DNA of 64,000 bases from an uncultured Candidatus Saccharibacteria bacterium (lineage in GTDB: Bacteria > Patescibacteriota > Minisyncoccia > UBA6257 > WO2-44-18), in assembly GCA_964545345.1 (NCBI GenBank), contig CAZJFE010000001.1:15360-79359 (forward strand), given 5' to 3'. A program made the translations under genes and the position numbers. The notes under the pieces were generated by a model, which searched no databases, had not been told where the DNA came from, and worked only from the letters and a program-made list of their open reading frames with translations. Shown piece after piece: positions 7,794-18,309 of the stretch (positions are counted from its first letter, which is position 1; each line of letters starts with the position of its first letter).

Positions 7794-9899
7794 TTATGCT
7801 TCATTGCTGGGATCCTCAACCGGCATCTCTGGGTTAACCGCGAAGACTTCTCTTGGTTTGGCGCCTTCTCCCGGACCGATTACTCCCTTCTCCTCCATGA
7901 TATCCAGCAAACGAGCGGCGCGGGCATAGCCGACTTTCAAACGGCGTTGGAGTAGTGAAGCAGAAGCTTTCTGCGCCTCGGTCACTACCCGAATCGCTTC
8001 TTGATACAGCTCATCATCAGCTTCATCACCATCATCCATATTCTCCAGGAAGTCGGTCGGTTCATTTTTCATTGGCAATCCCTTGCCTTCCGGAATTTCC
8101 GCTGTCATGTCGGCGAGTTCATTATTTTCTTCAATGAATCGCGAAACACTCTTAATCTCTTCTTCTGATATATAAGCGCCCTGAATACGTTTCGGTTTGG
8201 AGAATTCCGAAGAGATGAAGAGCATATCGCCACCGCCCAGAAGTTTCTCCGCTCCCGCCATGTCTAAGATGGTACGCGAATCTACCTGACTGCCGACCTG
8301 CATGGCCATTCTAGAGGTAATGTTGGCTTTGATTAGGCCGGTAACAACTTCCACTGAGGGACGCTGGGTGGCTACCACTAGGTGAATTCCGGTGGCGCGG
8401 GCCATTTGGGCGAGTCGTACGATGGATCCCTCAATTTCCTTTCCATAGGCCGCCATTAAATCGGCCAGCTCATCAATAATCATCACCAAATAGGGTAGCG
8501 GCGGAGAATTTTTTTGGTTGTAGGATCGAATATCGCGGGCTCCGGCGTTCAAGAGAATTTCATAACGGTTTTCCATCTCTTTAATCGCCCAGCGGAATAA
8601 ACCGACAGATTTTTTGCCCTCTGTTACCACCGGAGCAATGAGGTGGGGAAGCCCGCCATAAACAGAAAGTTCCACCCTTTTCGGATCCACCATCGCCAAT
8701 CGTAAAGTGGCGGGGGAGTTTTTATATAGGAGTGAAACGATTAAGGAGTGAATGCCCACACTTTTCCCGCTACCAGTGGCTCCCGCGATCAATAGGTGAG
8801 GCATCTTTTCAATGTCGGCCATGATCGGCTCACCACTGACGCCGCGCCCGACGACGAAGGCCAGCGGACCGGAATCTTTGAATTCCGGATAGGCAATCAG
8901 ACTTCCCAATCGTACGATTGCCGCTGATTTATTAGGCACTTCAATACCAACAAGCGATTTTCCCGGAATCGGAGCTTCAATGCGGATTGGGTGAGCCGCT
9001 AACGCGAGCGACAGATCGGAGTTGAGTGAGAGAATTTTAGTCACCTTTACTCCTTCGGCCGGCTTTAGCGTGTAGCGAGTAACCTTCGGGCCAATATTGA
9101 TTTCCCCCATTTCCACCGGAATGCCGAAGCTATCCAAAGTTCGTTTGATTATATTGGCGTTGGCTCGTAAGTCGCCAGAGGTGGGTTTTTCTACTGAAGA
9201 TTTCAGCAAGGAAGCCGGCGGGGCTACATAGTTGCCGTACTCTTTGATTTTTAATTCTACTTTCTTTTTTGCCGGCGCCGCGGATTCGGTTACCGGTAAG
9301 TCCTCTTCTTCGCCTTCTTCTTCGTCCATCTCCTCTTCGTCATCCTCATCAATGTCATCATCTTCTTTGCCGCCTCCCGTCATCCGGAGTTCTTTAACCG
9401 GCTCAACGGATTTTTTGGTTAGGCGCTCCTCCTTTTCTTCTTCTGAGAGACGACGGAATTTTATTGAGGCGTTAAAAGTCAGCAGCAGTGAGGCGGCCAA
9501 AAGGAGAAAGGCCACTATAATGGAAGCCGTATAACCAAATGGCACTTCCAGAAAACCGACGATCTTTCCGGCCATGCCGCCACGGCCATCAAGTAGAATA
9601 TCCAAAAGTCCCAGGCCGGATACGATAAACATTATCGCTCCAATCACGCTGGTGGTGATAAACATTCTTTGCCTTGAGAGGAAAAAGGTGGCGGCGACGA
9701 TGATGGCGATGGTCGGCAACAGGTAATAACCCCAGCCAAACATTTTGTCCAGAACCAAGTAGGCGAATTCACCAACCGGGCCGGCTTTGTGGAATGCCGA
9801 AAGCAATAGGAGCGCCGCCATGCCAAGGAGAAAGATAGCGATGATGCTGTTTTTGGTTTCCGGGCTGACTCTAGGGGTTTTTTTATCGCGTTTTGCCAT
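7794..9899 (-). CDS. ftsK: DNA translocase FtsK/SpoIIIE
   Basis: 4 TM segments, PHLLIAGATGSGKS, IIDELADLM, ATQRPSV, gamma domain SLLQRRLKVGYARAARL. Confidence 0.98.
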   Translation of the reverse strand: MAKRDKKTPRVSPETKNSIIAIFLLGMAALLLLSAFHKAGPVGEFAYLVLDKMFGWGYYLLPTIAIIVAATFFLSRQRMFITTSVIGAIMFIVSGLGLLDILLDGRGGMAGKIVGFLEVPFGYTASIIVAFLLLAASLLLTFNASIKFRRLSEEEKEERLTKKSVEPVKELRMTGGGKEDDDIDEDDEEEMDEEEGEEEDLPVTESAAPAKKKVELKIKEYGNYVAPPASLLKSSVEKPTSGDLRANANIIKRTLDSFGIPVEMGEINIGPKVTRYTLKPAEGVKVTKILSLNSDLSLALAAHPIRIEAPIPGKSLVGIEVPNKSAAIVRLGSLIAYPEFKDSGPLAFVVGRGVSGEPIMADIEKMPHLLIAGATGSGKSVGIHSLIVSLLYKNSPATLRLAMVDPKRVELSVYGGLPHLIAPVVTEGKKSVGLFRWAIKEMENRYEILLNAGARDIRSYNQKNSPPLPYLVMIIDELADLMAAYGKEIEGSIVRLAQMARATGIHLVVATQRPSVEVVTGLIKANITSRMAMQVGSQVDSRTILDMAGAEKLLGGGDMLFISSEFSKPKRIQGAYISEEEIKSVSRFIEENNELADMTAEIPEGKGLPMKNEPTDFLENMDDGDEADDELYQEAIRVVTEAQKASASLLQRRLKVGYARAARLLDIMEEKGVIGPGEGAKPREVFAVNPEMPVEDPSNEA

Positions 9900-9974
9900 T
9901 TTTTGTTCTGTTGTACCGGTTGTCTATCATTATAATGGTTTTGCAAAGTTTCCGACATACTTTAGTATAGAAAC

Positions 9975-10550
9975 GTGGCCAATATTCCTAAAAAATTAGT
10001 TATCGGTTTTGATATGGACGGCGTTATTATCAATAACTATAAAAACAAAATTTCTCTCGCTAAGAAATTCGGGTTTGATTTGAAGCTGGAGGATACCCCG
10101 GCGGAGCGATTTCACGCTGTAGTGCCGGAAGTAATTCTCAACCAAATGCGCCCTCTATTGTATGACGATCCGGAGACGGCGCTGAAAGCTGAAACCGTTC
10201 AGGGCGCCATTGACGGGTTGAGGCGAGTTCGGGAATCGGGGATTCCTTATTTTTTGATCTCTCGGAGGAGGAACTGGGCGATGGCTGTCCGTTCACTTGA
10301 GCATCATGATCTTTGGCCAAGGTTTTTCAATCAGAAGAATGCCTTTTTCGTTTTTGAGCCGGAAGACAAAGACGAGCGGGCCAAAGCCCTAGGAATAAAT
10401 CTTTACGTAGATGACCAGCCGACTGTTTTAGAAAAGTTAGTTTCGGTAGAGAGCCGGATTTTGTTTGATCAATTCGGAATCTTTGGTAAGCCAAACTTCC
10501 CGCATAAAAAAGTTTCTTCTTGGGGGGAGTTGTTACCTAACATATTTTAA
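9975..10550 (+). CDS. HAD-superfamily hydrolase (5'-nucleotidase-like)
   Basis: GFDMDGVI motif I, ISRR, YVDDQ. Confidence 0.75.
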   Translation: MANIPKKLVIGFDMDGVIINNYKNKISLAKKFGFDLKLEDTPAERFHAVVPEVILNQMRPLLYDDPETALKAETVQGAIDGLRRVRESGIPYFLISRRRNWAMAVRSLEHHDLWPRFFNQKNAFFVFEPEDKDERAKALGINLYVDDQPTVLEKLVSVESRILFDQFGIFGKPNFPHKKVSSWGELLPNIF

Positions 10551-11884
10551 TGAAGGAGGTAATTTTCAAAGCTTACGATGTTCGTGGCCGTTATCCCGAC
10601 GAGATCAATGAAGAGGCGGTTGCGGAGACTGCTTCTGTCTTAGCGAAGCGTTGGAAGAAGGGGAAAGTCTTGATTGGCCACGACGCCCGACTAAGCTCCC
10701 CCTCTCTATACAAAGCGATTTCCCGGTCGCTTGTCGTTGGCCGTAAGTCGTTGGTCGTCGTTTCCCTCGGCGAGTGCACCACTCCGATGTTTTATTTCTG
10801 GTGCCACAGATTAAAATCACCCGGAATTATGATTACTGCTTCTCACAATCCCAAAGATTTTAATGGCTTGAAAGTCGTTGGACCCACCGGGGAGGTTATT
10901 AGTGGCTCGGAAATTAAGAAATGGATCCCGTTAGAAACCGCGCCCGCGCTTGCGCGCCCCGGAGGGGCTGTGGGGCGGGCTGTTTCTAACGGGATGGATT
11001 ATTTAAAACCCTATGTTGGTTTTCTAGAAAAGAAGGTGAAATTAGCCGGTCCGCTGAGTGTGGTTTTTGATTGCTTCAACGGCGTGACTGGCATTGTGGT
11101 TAGTAAACTAAAAGCAAATGGTTTGAAAGCGAGAGTTTTGAATCACCAGCCCGATGGGCGTTTCCCCGCGCATGGGCCGAATCCGATGTTGTCGGACGCT
11201 TTAAGTCAGCTGAAAAAAGAAGTTAAAAAACAAGAAGCCGATTTCGGAGCGGCTTTTGATGCCGATGGCGATAGGGTTTTCTTTGTTGACGACCGCGGAA
11301 GGGAAGTCCCTAGCGACGCGGTGTTGGGTTTGATTAGTCAGGCATTCCGCGGACCAATCGCGGTGGACGTTCGCGCCGGTTATTTGGCGAAAGAGTTGAT
11401 GGGAGCCGGCGGGAAAAGGATTATTGAATCCCGGGTCGGGCATTATTTCTTCAAAAAGCTTATGAAGGCCAAGAAAGCCGGATTCGGCGGTGAGATGTCC
11501 GGGCATTACTATTCATCTTTAGCGCCGGGTAAGTTTTTTGATTCGGGAATCGCCGCGGCGCTTTATTTCGCCAACGAAGTATCCGAGCTGAAGAGATTAG
11601 GCGGTAAGCTTTCTGATTGGTTGGATAGTTTACCGAAATATTATCGTTCCGGTGAGTCAAATTTTGTCATTCGAGATAAAAATGAGGTGATTAAGGAAGT
11701 TAGTCGGAGGTACTCCAGGATGGCTAGGAAGATTTCCAGAAAGGACGGGTTGAAAATGGAATTTGCCGATTGGTGGTTTATTATTCGCCCATCGCAAACC
11801 GAGGATTTTCTCCGATTGAACTTGGAGGCGAAAGATAAAAAAGTTTTTCAAAAACGACTTGCCGAACTGCGCCGGTTTTTCTAA
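10550..11884 (+). CDS. Phosphomannomutase/phosphoglucomutase
   Basis: IFKAYDVRG, ITASHNP, FDADGDR, GGEMSGHYY, IRPSQTE. Confidence 0.95.
   Translation: MKEVIFKAYDVRGRYPDEINEEAVAETASVLAKRWKKGKVLIGHDARLSSPSLYKAISRSLVVGRKSLVVVSLGECTTPMFYFWCHRLKSPGIMITASHNPKDFNGLKVVGPTGEVISGSEIKKWIPLETAPALARPGGAVGRAVSNGMDYLKPYVGFLEKKVKLAGPLSVVFDCFNGVTGIVVSKLKANGLKARVLNHQPDGRFPAHGPNPMLSDALSQLKKEVKKQEADFGAAFDADGDRVFFVDDRGREVPSDAVLGLISQAFRGPIAVDVRAGYLAKELMGAGGKRIIESRVGHYFFKKLMKAKKAGFGGEMSGHYYSSLAPGKFFDSGIAAALYFANEVSELKRLGGKLSDWLDSLPKYYRSGESNFVIRDKNEVIKEVSRRYSRMARKISRKDGLKMEFADWWFIIRPSQTEDFLRLNLEAKDKKVFQKRLAELRRFF
10925..10995. mobile_element. MITE-like element, intragenic copy within the PMM reading frame
   Basis: 14-bp inverted ends ATCCCGTTAGAAAC...GTTTCTAACGGGAT. 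ATGGAT occurs at both junctions. Confidence 0.6.
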
Positions 11885-11920
11885 ACTCACAGTAGTTTCT
11901 TTAGAGAAAGAGGAGGCTAG

Positions 11921-12706
11921 GTGAAAATCTTCGACGGCCGTTTGTTGTCCAAGAAAATTCTGGAAAAGTTGAAATCTTGTCCGAAACCGGCTCAACAGCT
12001 GGCGATTCTCGTGCCGCACACTAACGACAGTCCTAGTGAGGGGTTTCTTGCGGAAGTCCGCGGTTCTGCTCAATCACTGGGATTAAGGGTTAGAGTTCAT
12101 TACAAAACTCCGTTTGCCACAACCGATGAATTCATCAACGACTTAAATCGCTTGGCGGCGGATCCGGAAGTCGGTGGAATAGTTTTGATCTTGCCTCTGC
12201 CGGAAGGCGTTGATCGTGAGAGGGTTTTGAAAGCAATCTCTATCGGTAAAGATATTGATGCGTTGAATCCTGACAACAGCACGGTCGTTTCTCCCGCGAG
12301 TTTGGCGGTGAAACATATTTGGCAAGAATTATATAACGACTTAGACCCTGATGTTTGCTGGGAGATGGCGGTGGTGGGCCGAGGTTTGTTAATCGGGAAA
12401 CCAATTGCCGAAATGTTGAGGAAAGAAGAGCAAAATGTAACGGTTTATAACAGCAAAACTCCGCTGGAAGGATTGAAGAAAGCGATGATGGTGATTTTGG
12501 GGACGGGAGTTCCGAAGTTGGTGTCTCCTAGTATGTTGCAAGAAGAAGCGATCGTGATTGATTTCGGATATCCCGGAGATTTTGATCACGCTCACCCGGA
12601 GGCGGATAAAATTTCTTGGTATGTTCCGGCTAAAGGTGGCACTGGACCCCTGCTAGTGGCCTGTTTGTTGGAAACCTTCTACCAATTGACAGGAAGTCTC
12701 AAATAA
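11921..12706 (+). CDS. Divergent FolD-like protein (second copy)
   Basis: IFDGRLLS, GGIVLILPLP, KDIDAL, VVGRGLLIGKPI, VIDFG, GGTGPLLVA. Confidence 0.8.
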   Translation: MKIFDGRLLSKKILEKLKSCPKPAQQLAILVPHTNDSPSEGFLAEVRGSAQSLGLRVRVHYKTPFATTDEFINDLNRLAADPEVGGIVLILPLPEGVDRERVLKAISIGKDIDALNPDNSTVVSPASLAVKHIWQELYNDLDPDVCWEMAVVGRGLLIGKPIAEMLRKEEQNVTVYNSKTPLEGLKKAMMVILGTGVPKLVSPSMLQEEAIVIDFGYPGDFDHAHPEADKISWYVPAKGGTGPLLVACLLETFYQLTGSLK

Positions 12707-12794
12707 GTTATTATCTTCCCGGTTCGTAAAGAGGCAATTCAGTCCATCGTGGATTGATCGCCTGAGCTTCGTACGTTGATTCAAGGAGGAAGAA

Positions 12795-13280
12795 ATGGGT
12801 ACTGGTAAGAGACTTTGGAAGCTCGTTGCCGTTCTCGTTATTGTTTGCTCTCTCTCAGGATGCATGGGTAGCGCCGGAGGTCTCGGCTGGAGTCTGACTC
12901 CTTATGGAGGTATCGGCGGCAACACCGATCGCAGCTATCAGAAGGGCTTGAGTTGGCAGGCTGGTGTCTCGGTCACCTTTTTTAACCAGTTCCCTGGCGC
13001 TCCGGCGGTTCCACAGTTCCCCGGCTACTACCGAAACGATGTGCACGTAGATAATACCAACAACAACAGCAATACCCAGAGTCAGACACAGAATCAGTCC
13101 CAAAGTCAGTCGCAGTCTCAGGAGCAGGGCCAGAGTCAGACGACCCTTCCTCCGCCTTCGGGTGGCGATGGAGATGATGACGAGGACTGCGAAGGCAAGG
13201 ATCACGGGCATGGTCATGATCATCATGATGACGATCACCCTGGTCATGGACACGGTCACGATTGTGACGACGACGATTAG
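12795..13280 (+). CDS. Predicted lipoprotein with N/Q/S-rich repeat and His/Asp-rich tail
   Basis: AAGGAGG RBS, lipobox LSGC, (QS)n tract, DHGHGHDHHDDDHPGHGHGHD. Confidence 0.75.
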   Translation: MGTGKRLWKLVAVLVIVCSLSGCMGSAGGLGWSLTPYGGIGGNTDRSYQKGLSWQAGVSVTFFNQFPGAPAVPQFPGYYRNDVHVDNTNNNSNTQSQTQNQSQSQSQSQEQGQSQTTLPPPSGGDGDDDEDCEGKDHGHGHDHHDDDHPGHGHGHDCDDDD

Positions 13281-13294
13281 TTTAATAACAAGCT

Positions 13295-13321
13295 CGCCCC
13301 TCAGAAGAGGGGCGGTTTTTT
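13295..13321. terminator. Terminator hairpin between convergent genes
   Basis: CGCCCCTC-AGAA-GAGGGGCG followed by GTTTTTT. Confidence 0.7.
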
Positions 13322-13325
13322 ATCT

Positions 13326-13892
13326 CTAAAATAGTGTCGCCGGCAGAATTTCTTCTTTCCAATTGAACTCGGCTTTTGTCGGTTGATCCGAATTTCTTTG
13401 GGGTACCATCAGGTGCCCCTGTTTTTTTGCTAAATCGTATAATTCTTTGGTGATTTTTACGTCGTTTAAACAATAGGCCGCCAGCTCATCCAGTTTGCCT
13501 TCATTATATAAGCGGATTGCTTCTAAGCCGGTGGAGTGGGTTTTCCCAACGCCTAAATTAGTTTTTGCCAGGGCGTCTAAACTAATCCTATGGCCCAAAA
13601 CCAATTCAATCTCATCTAGCAAATCCAAACGTGGCAATGCAAAGATATTAAATTTGCAATGTTTTTCCAAAACCGGCAAATCAAATCGATTGATACTAAA
13701 GCCAATTAAAAGCCCCGCTTTTTGAATGAGCGAGGCGAGTTTGTCCATTTCGTTTTCTGCAAACGAAAGGTACTTGTCTTGATTATAGGAGTAGACGCCA
13801 ACGAAAGAGACATCCAATTTCCCTACATTATGGTGACCGCCGACATCGGCAAAGCTATTTTTGGTTTCAATATCAATTACTAATTTATCCAT
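13326..13892 (-). CDS. RNase H-like (YprB/DEDD) domain protein
   Basis: VIDIET, GFSINRFD, SLDALAK, YCLNDV. Confidence 0.85.
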   Translation of the reverse strand: MDKLVIDIETKNSFADVGGHHNVGKLDVSFVGVYSYNQDKYLSFAENEMDKLASLIQKAGLLIGFSINRFDLPVLEKHCKFNIFALPRLDLLDEIELVLGHRISLDALAKTNLGVGKTHSTGLEAIRLYNEGKLDELAAYCLNDVKITKELYDLAKKQGHLMVPQRNSDQPTKAEFNWKEEILPATLF

Positions 13893-13908
13893 AATTCAAC
13901 GGAGTCGC

Positions 13909-14394
13909 CTAAACGTGCTTGTCGGCAACGCTAGAGGCGGCATAGCTATCCGGCTTGGTTTTGACTTCAAAGTTATTAGCGCGGATCATTCCGACCAGTT
14001 CTTGGATCATCTTTTTGGTTTCGCCATTTTGCCCGATATCAACGTGAATCGCGAAATCAAATTTAGGGGCATCGGAAAAGGCCGCGAGTCCCTCTGAGAA
14101 TTTATGGGCGGCATCAAGGGAAATAAGCACCTCTCGGGTGATGCGATCCCGCAGCGAGTGAAATTTAACTACATCGCCGCTTCTGGTCCAGAAATAGCGA
14201 GCTCCCTTGCCGATCCGATGCACGACGATTGCCGTGACGAAATCCGCTTTTTGGTCGGCATTGGCTTGTGAGTCGGTACCGATTGTAACCCGGTAATCCG
14301 AAAGCCGGTCATGCTTCATAAAGTCCACAATTTGCTGGAGCACTTGATCGGCGCTAAGCGGGAACGGGATACTGCTATTGAAGTATTTATCCAT
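13909..14394 (-). CDS. Ribonuclease H-like YkuK family protein
   Basis: IGTDSQ, FVTAIVVHRIGKG, IHVDIG, KPDSYAASSVADKH. Confidence 0.88.
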   Translation of the reverse strand: MDKYFNSSIPFPLSADQVLQQIVDFMKHDRLSDYRVTIGTDSQANADQKADFVTAIVVHRIGKGARYFWTRSGDVVKFHSLRDRITREVLISLDAAHKFSEGLAAFSDAPKFDFAIHVDIGQNGETKKMIQELVGMIRANNFEVKTKPDSYAASSVADKHV

Positions 14395-14453
14395 CGGTTA
14401 TAAACTACCCCTTTCTGCGTGCTTTGTAAAGAAGCTATATATAATATATATGT

Positions 14454-15623
14454 ATGCGTAAAGTTTATCTAGACCATGCCGCCTCAACGCCGGTTGATCC
14501 AAGGGTGGAGGCATCCCTTCGCCCTTATTTTGGCAAATATTTTGGCAATCCCCATTCAATTCACCAGTTTGGTCAAGCAACTTCCCGGGCCGTTTTTGAG
14601 GCGCGCAAGGATTTGGCTCAGGCAATCGGCGCCTCTCATGAAGAGATCGTTTTTACCGGTTCGGCTACCGAAGCTAATAATCTGGCGATCCGGGGTATTT
14701 GGAAGGGGCTGAGGGGTCGCGCCAATCTCAAAAAGCCCAGGATTATTACTTTTTCTTTGGAGCATGAATCTATATTGAACACCTGCAAAGATTTAGCCAG
14801 TGAAGGAGTGGAGACAATCGTCATTCCTTCCGATCGCCAGGGGTTTATAGATCTCGCGAAATTTAAAAAGGCGCTAAACGCCGATACTTTTTTGGTTTCC
14901 GTGATGCACGCCAATAACGAGGTTGGCACTATCCAGCCAGTAGCCGCCATAGCGGCTGAAATTAGAAACTGGAAACTGAAAACTAAAAGCGACATATTTC
15001 CGGTTTTGCACACCGACGCTGTCCAGTCTTTTCAGTATTTGAATTCGGACGTGAACGGTTTAGGAATTGATCTTATGACACTTTCTGCCCATAAAATTTA
15101 TGGACCGAAGGGGGTCGGAGCTTTATATGTCAGGGAATCCATTCGGGCGATGATGCGCCCCATCATCACTGGCACAGGACAGGAAGGAGGTCTGCGTTCA
15201 GGCACTGACAATGTTCCCTATATGGTGGCGTTCGCCAAAGCGGCGGGGTTGGCGGTTAGTTTGAGGGCTAAAGAATCCGCGCGAGTTCAGGTTCTGCGTG
15301 ATTATTTTTGGAAACAACTAAAGAAGCTCGGACCCAAGGTTTTACTAAATGGATCGCTGGAGAATCGGCTTCCCAACAATTTGAATATTTATTTTCCCGG
15401 ACACAAAGCCCATGATTTATTAATTCAGTTGGATTTGTTGGGTATCGGAGTTTCTCCCGGGGCGGCCTGTTCATCCAGGGTTTCCAAGGGATCTTATGTA
15501 TTGGAAGAGATGGGATTTCCACCGGCGCGCACTTCTGGAAGTCTAAGGTTTAGTCTTGGCAGAGCGACTAAAAAAGCCGATATTGATTATACAATTTCTG
15601 TTATAATGAAAGTATTGGGATAG
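14454..15623 (+). CDS. iscS: Cysteine desulfurase (IscS/NifS type)
   Basis: YLDHAASTP, FTGSATEANN, HTDAVQ, SAHKIYGPKG, GAACSS, SLRFSLG. Confidence 0.92.
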   Translation: MRKVYLDHAASTPVDPRVEASLRPYFGKYFGNPHSIHQFGQATSRAVFEARKDLAQAIGASHEEIVFTGSATEANNLAIRGIWKGLRGRANLKKPRIITFSLEHESILNTCKDLASEGVETIVIPSDRQGFIDLAKFKKALNADTFLVSVMHANNEVGTIQPVAAIAAEIRNWKLKTKSDIFPVLHTDAVQSFQYLNSDVNGLGIDLMTLSAHKIYGPKGVGALYVRESIRAMMRPIITGTGQEGGLRSGTDNVPYMVAFAKAAGLAVSLRAKESARVQVLRDYFWKQLKKLGPKVLLNGSLENRLPNNLNIYFPGHKAHDLLIQLDLLGIGVSPGAACSSRVSKGSYVLEEMGFPPARTSGSLRFSLGRATKKADIDYTISVIMKVLG

Positions 15624-15632
15624 TGTTGGTAA

Positions 15633-15661
15633 TTGCAATGAGCTCTTTTTAGTGGTATAAT
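15633..15661 (+). promoter_or_regulatory. Promoter upstream of clpB
   Basis: TTGCAA-N17-TATAAT with an extended TG. Confidence 0.55.
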
Positions 15662-15684
15662 TTCAACTAATTTCACACTCATTT

Positions 15685-18309
15685 ATGCCATCATTTAATC
15701 GTTTCACTATCCGAGCCCAAGAAGCGCTTCAGAGCGCGCAGGAACTTGCCGCCCAGAGAAGCCATGGAGAATTCAGGGTGCTTCACCTCCTGCACGCGCT
15801 ATTACAAGATGAACAGACCCTAGTTCGCCCTATTTTAATCAAGGCGGGTATTAACGTTGAGACATTACAGAGGGAGATAGAGTCAGAGATGAAGAAAATG
15901 CCGAAAATAGTTACGGCCGCCAGTGTTGGTCAGCTTTATCTTTCACCGGAATTGATGCAGGTATTGGAAAAGGCGGGGAAAATAGCTATTTCGCAGAAGG
16001 ATGAATTTATTTCCTGCGAGCACCTGCTTTTGAGCATTATGGATGCTTCTTCTGCCGCCCAAAAACTGCTGGAGAAATTTGGTTTGAAGCGAGATTCGGC
16101 TTTTCGAGTGCTCGCGCAACTGCGCGGATCCACCCGGATTACCGACGAGACCCCTGAAAGCAAATTCCAGGTTTTAGAAAAATATGCGGTTAATTTAACT
16201 GAAAGAGCCAGAGATGGGAAGCTGGATCCGGTTATCGGAAGACAAGAAGAATTAAAGCGTTTGATCCAGGTTCTGAGCCGTCGCACTAAGAATAATCCGG
16301 TTTTGATCGGCGAGTCGGGTGTGGGCAAGACGGCAATTGTTGAGGGGTTGGCTCAGCGGATTGTCGCCGGCGATGTTCCGGAGACCCTTAAAGATAAAGA
16401 GATAATCATGCTTGATCTGGGATCTTTAATCGCGGGAACCAAGTTTCGTGGAGAATTTGAGGATCGATTAAAAGCTTTCGTAAAAGAGATCCAAAACGCC
16501 GCGGGTCGCTTGATCCTATTTATAGATGAGATTCATATGATAGTAGGCGCCGGTTCAGCCGAGGGAGCGATTGATGCTTCAAATCTTTTAAAGCCGCCAT
16601 TGGCGCGAGGTGAGTTGCATGCTATCGGCGCGACGACGATTAGAGAGTATCAGCGGCATATTGAGAAAGACCCGGCCTTAGAGCGTCGCTTTCAGCCGAT
16701 AATGGTAGAGGAACCAACCGCGGATGATGCCATGGCTATTTTGCGTGGCTTGAAAGAGAAGTATGAGATGCATCACGGTCTGCAGATCAGCGACGAAGCC
16801 ATCGTTACCGCCGTTAATCTATCCTCTCGCTATATCACCGATCGGTTTTTGCCGGATAAAGCGGTGGATTTGATTGATGAAGCGGCGGCGGCTCGTCGAT
16901 TGGAGACCGAAAGTTTGCCATCGGAGTTGGATAAAGCTCGGAGAGAAATTACCAAGCTGGAAATTGAGCAATCCGCTATATCCCAAGAGCCATCTCCTAA
17001 AAATAAAAGCCGCATTAAGGTGATCAACGCGACCCTCGCTAAGCTTAAAGAAAAGAATGACGATTTGTCCGCTTCCTGGCATGCCGAGAAGTTGGCTTTT
17101 GAGGGTCTGCATAATTTGCGCAAGAAGATAGAAGATCTTAAGAGGCAGGCAGAATTAGCTGAAAGGGAAGGTGATTTAGAGGCCGTGGCACAGATTATAT
17201 ATGGAAGCTTGCCTCAAGCCGAGAAAGATTATAAGAGTTTTACTAAAAAACACTCAAAGTCTTCTAAAAATGAGGGTTTTATTAAAGAAGTGGTGGACGC
17301 GGAAGATATTGCCGCGGTAGTTTCCCGTTGGACCGGTATCCCGGTTAGCCGAATGTTGGAATCTGAAGCCCGCAAGCTCTCCAGAATTGAAGATGCTTTA
17401 ACTAAGCGAGTTGTTGGCCAAGAAGATGCTATTGGAGCGGTTTCCAATGCTCTCCGTAGAGCTAGGGCCGGTTTATCTGATGAAAATCGCCCGTTTGGGT
17501 CATTTATGTTCTTAGGTCCAACCGGTGTAGGTAAAACTGAGTTGGCTAAAGCTCTGGCGGAGTTTATGTTTAACGATGATAAGGCGCTTATTAGGATTGA
17601 TATGTCGGAATACATGGAGAAACATTCCGTGGCACGCCTCATCGGTTCCCCGCCTGGATACGTTGGTTTTGAGGATGGCGGTCAACTTACCGAGTTGGTG
17701 CGGCATCGTCCGTACAGCTTGATTCTCTTTGATGAGATTGAGAAGGCCCATCCGGAAGTCTTCAACATTTTGCTTCAAATATTGGATAACGGGCGTCTGA
17801 CTGATAGCAAGGGCAAGGTGGTTAACTTCAAGAACTCCATCATTTTGCTTACCTCTAATGTTGGCAGCCATTATTTTAAGGCCATGTCCGGAATTGGTTT
17901 TTCCGGGGCGTCTGATTCAAGAGAGAGTCCTCAGGAAGATGATTTTAAAGGTAAGGTGTTGGATTCCCTGAAGCGCACTTTTAAGCCGGAATTTTTAAAT
18001 CGGCTGGACGAATCAATTATTTTTCATCCGCTGACTAGGAAGGATATCGCCAAGATTGTTGATTTGCAGATTGAGAAGGTAAGAGAGCGGTTAAAAGAGA
18101 GAGAAATTACCTTGAATGTTGAGCCGTCAGCCCGTCAATATATAGTAGACAATGGATTTGATCCGGAGTACGGAGCTCGGCCGATCAAACGGCTGATTCA
18201 GAAAGTGATTTTGGATAAGCTGGCCGACAAGATTATCGGCGGTGAAATTAAAGATGGAGATAAAGTTAAAATTGATTTCTCTCAATCCGCAATTAAGGTT
18301 AGCGTTTAA
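15685..18309 (+). CDS. clpB: ATP-dependent chaperone ClpB
   Basis: Clp N domain, two AAA+ modules ([16 protein letters not shown]), long coiled-coil middle domain. Confidence 0.95.
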   Translation: MPSFNRFTIRAQEALQSAQELAAQRSHGEFRVLHLLHALLQDEQTLVRPILIKAGINVETLQREIESEMKKMPKIVTAASVGQLYLSPELMQVLEKAGKIAISQKDEFISCEHLLLSIMDASSAAQKLLEKFGLKRDSAFRVLAQLRGSTRITDETPESKFQVLEKYAVNLTERARDGKLDPVIGRQEELKRLIQVLSRRTKNNPVLIGESGVGKTAIVEGLAQRIVAGDVPETLKDKEIIMLDLGSLIAGTKFRGEFEDRLKAFVKEIQNAAGRLILFIDEIHMIVGAGSAEGAIDASNLLKPPLARGELHAIGATTIREYQRHIEKDPALERRFQPIMVEEPTADDAMAILRGLKEKYEMHHGLQISDEAIVTAVNLSSRYITDRFLPDKAVDLIDEAAAARRLETESLPSELDKARREITKLEIEQSAISQEPSPKNKSRIKVINATLAKLKEKNDDLSASWHAEKLAFEGLHNLRKKIEDLKRQAELAEREGDLEAVAQIIYGSLPQAEKDYKSFTKKHSKSSKNEGFIKEVVDAEDIAAVVSRWTGIPVSRMLESEARKLSRIEDALTKRVVGQEDAIGAVSNALRRARAGLSDENRPFGSFMFLGPTGVGKTELAKALAEFMFNDDKALIRIDMSEYMEKHSVARLIGSPPGYVGFEDGGQLTELVRHRPYSLILFDEIEKAHPEVFNILLQILDNGRLTDSKGKVVNFKNSIILLTSNVGSHYFKAMSGIGFSGASDSRESPQEDDFKGKVLDSLKRTFKPEFLNRLDESIIFHPLTRKDIAKIVDLQIEKVRERLKEREITLNVEPSARQYIVDNGFDPEYGARPIKRLIQKVILDKLADKIIGGEIKDGDKVKIDFSQSAIKVSV

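Noticed and set aside
9290-9380. TCN-rich low-complexity repeat
   Set aside because: Encodes the ordinary acidic FtsK linker.
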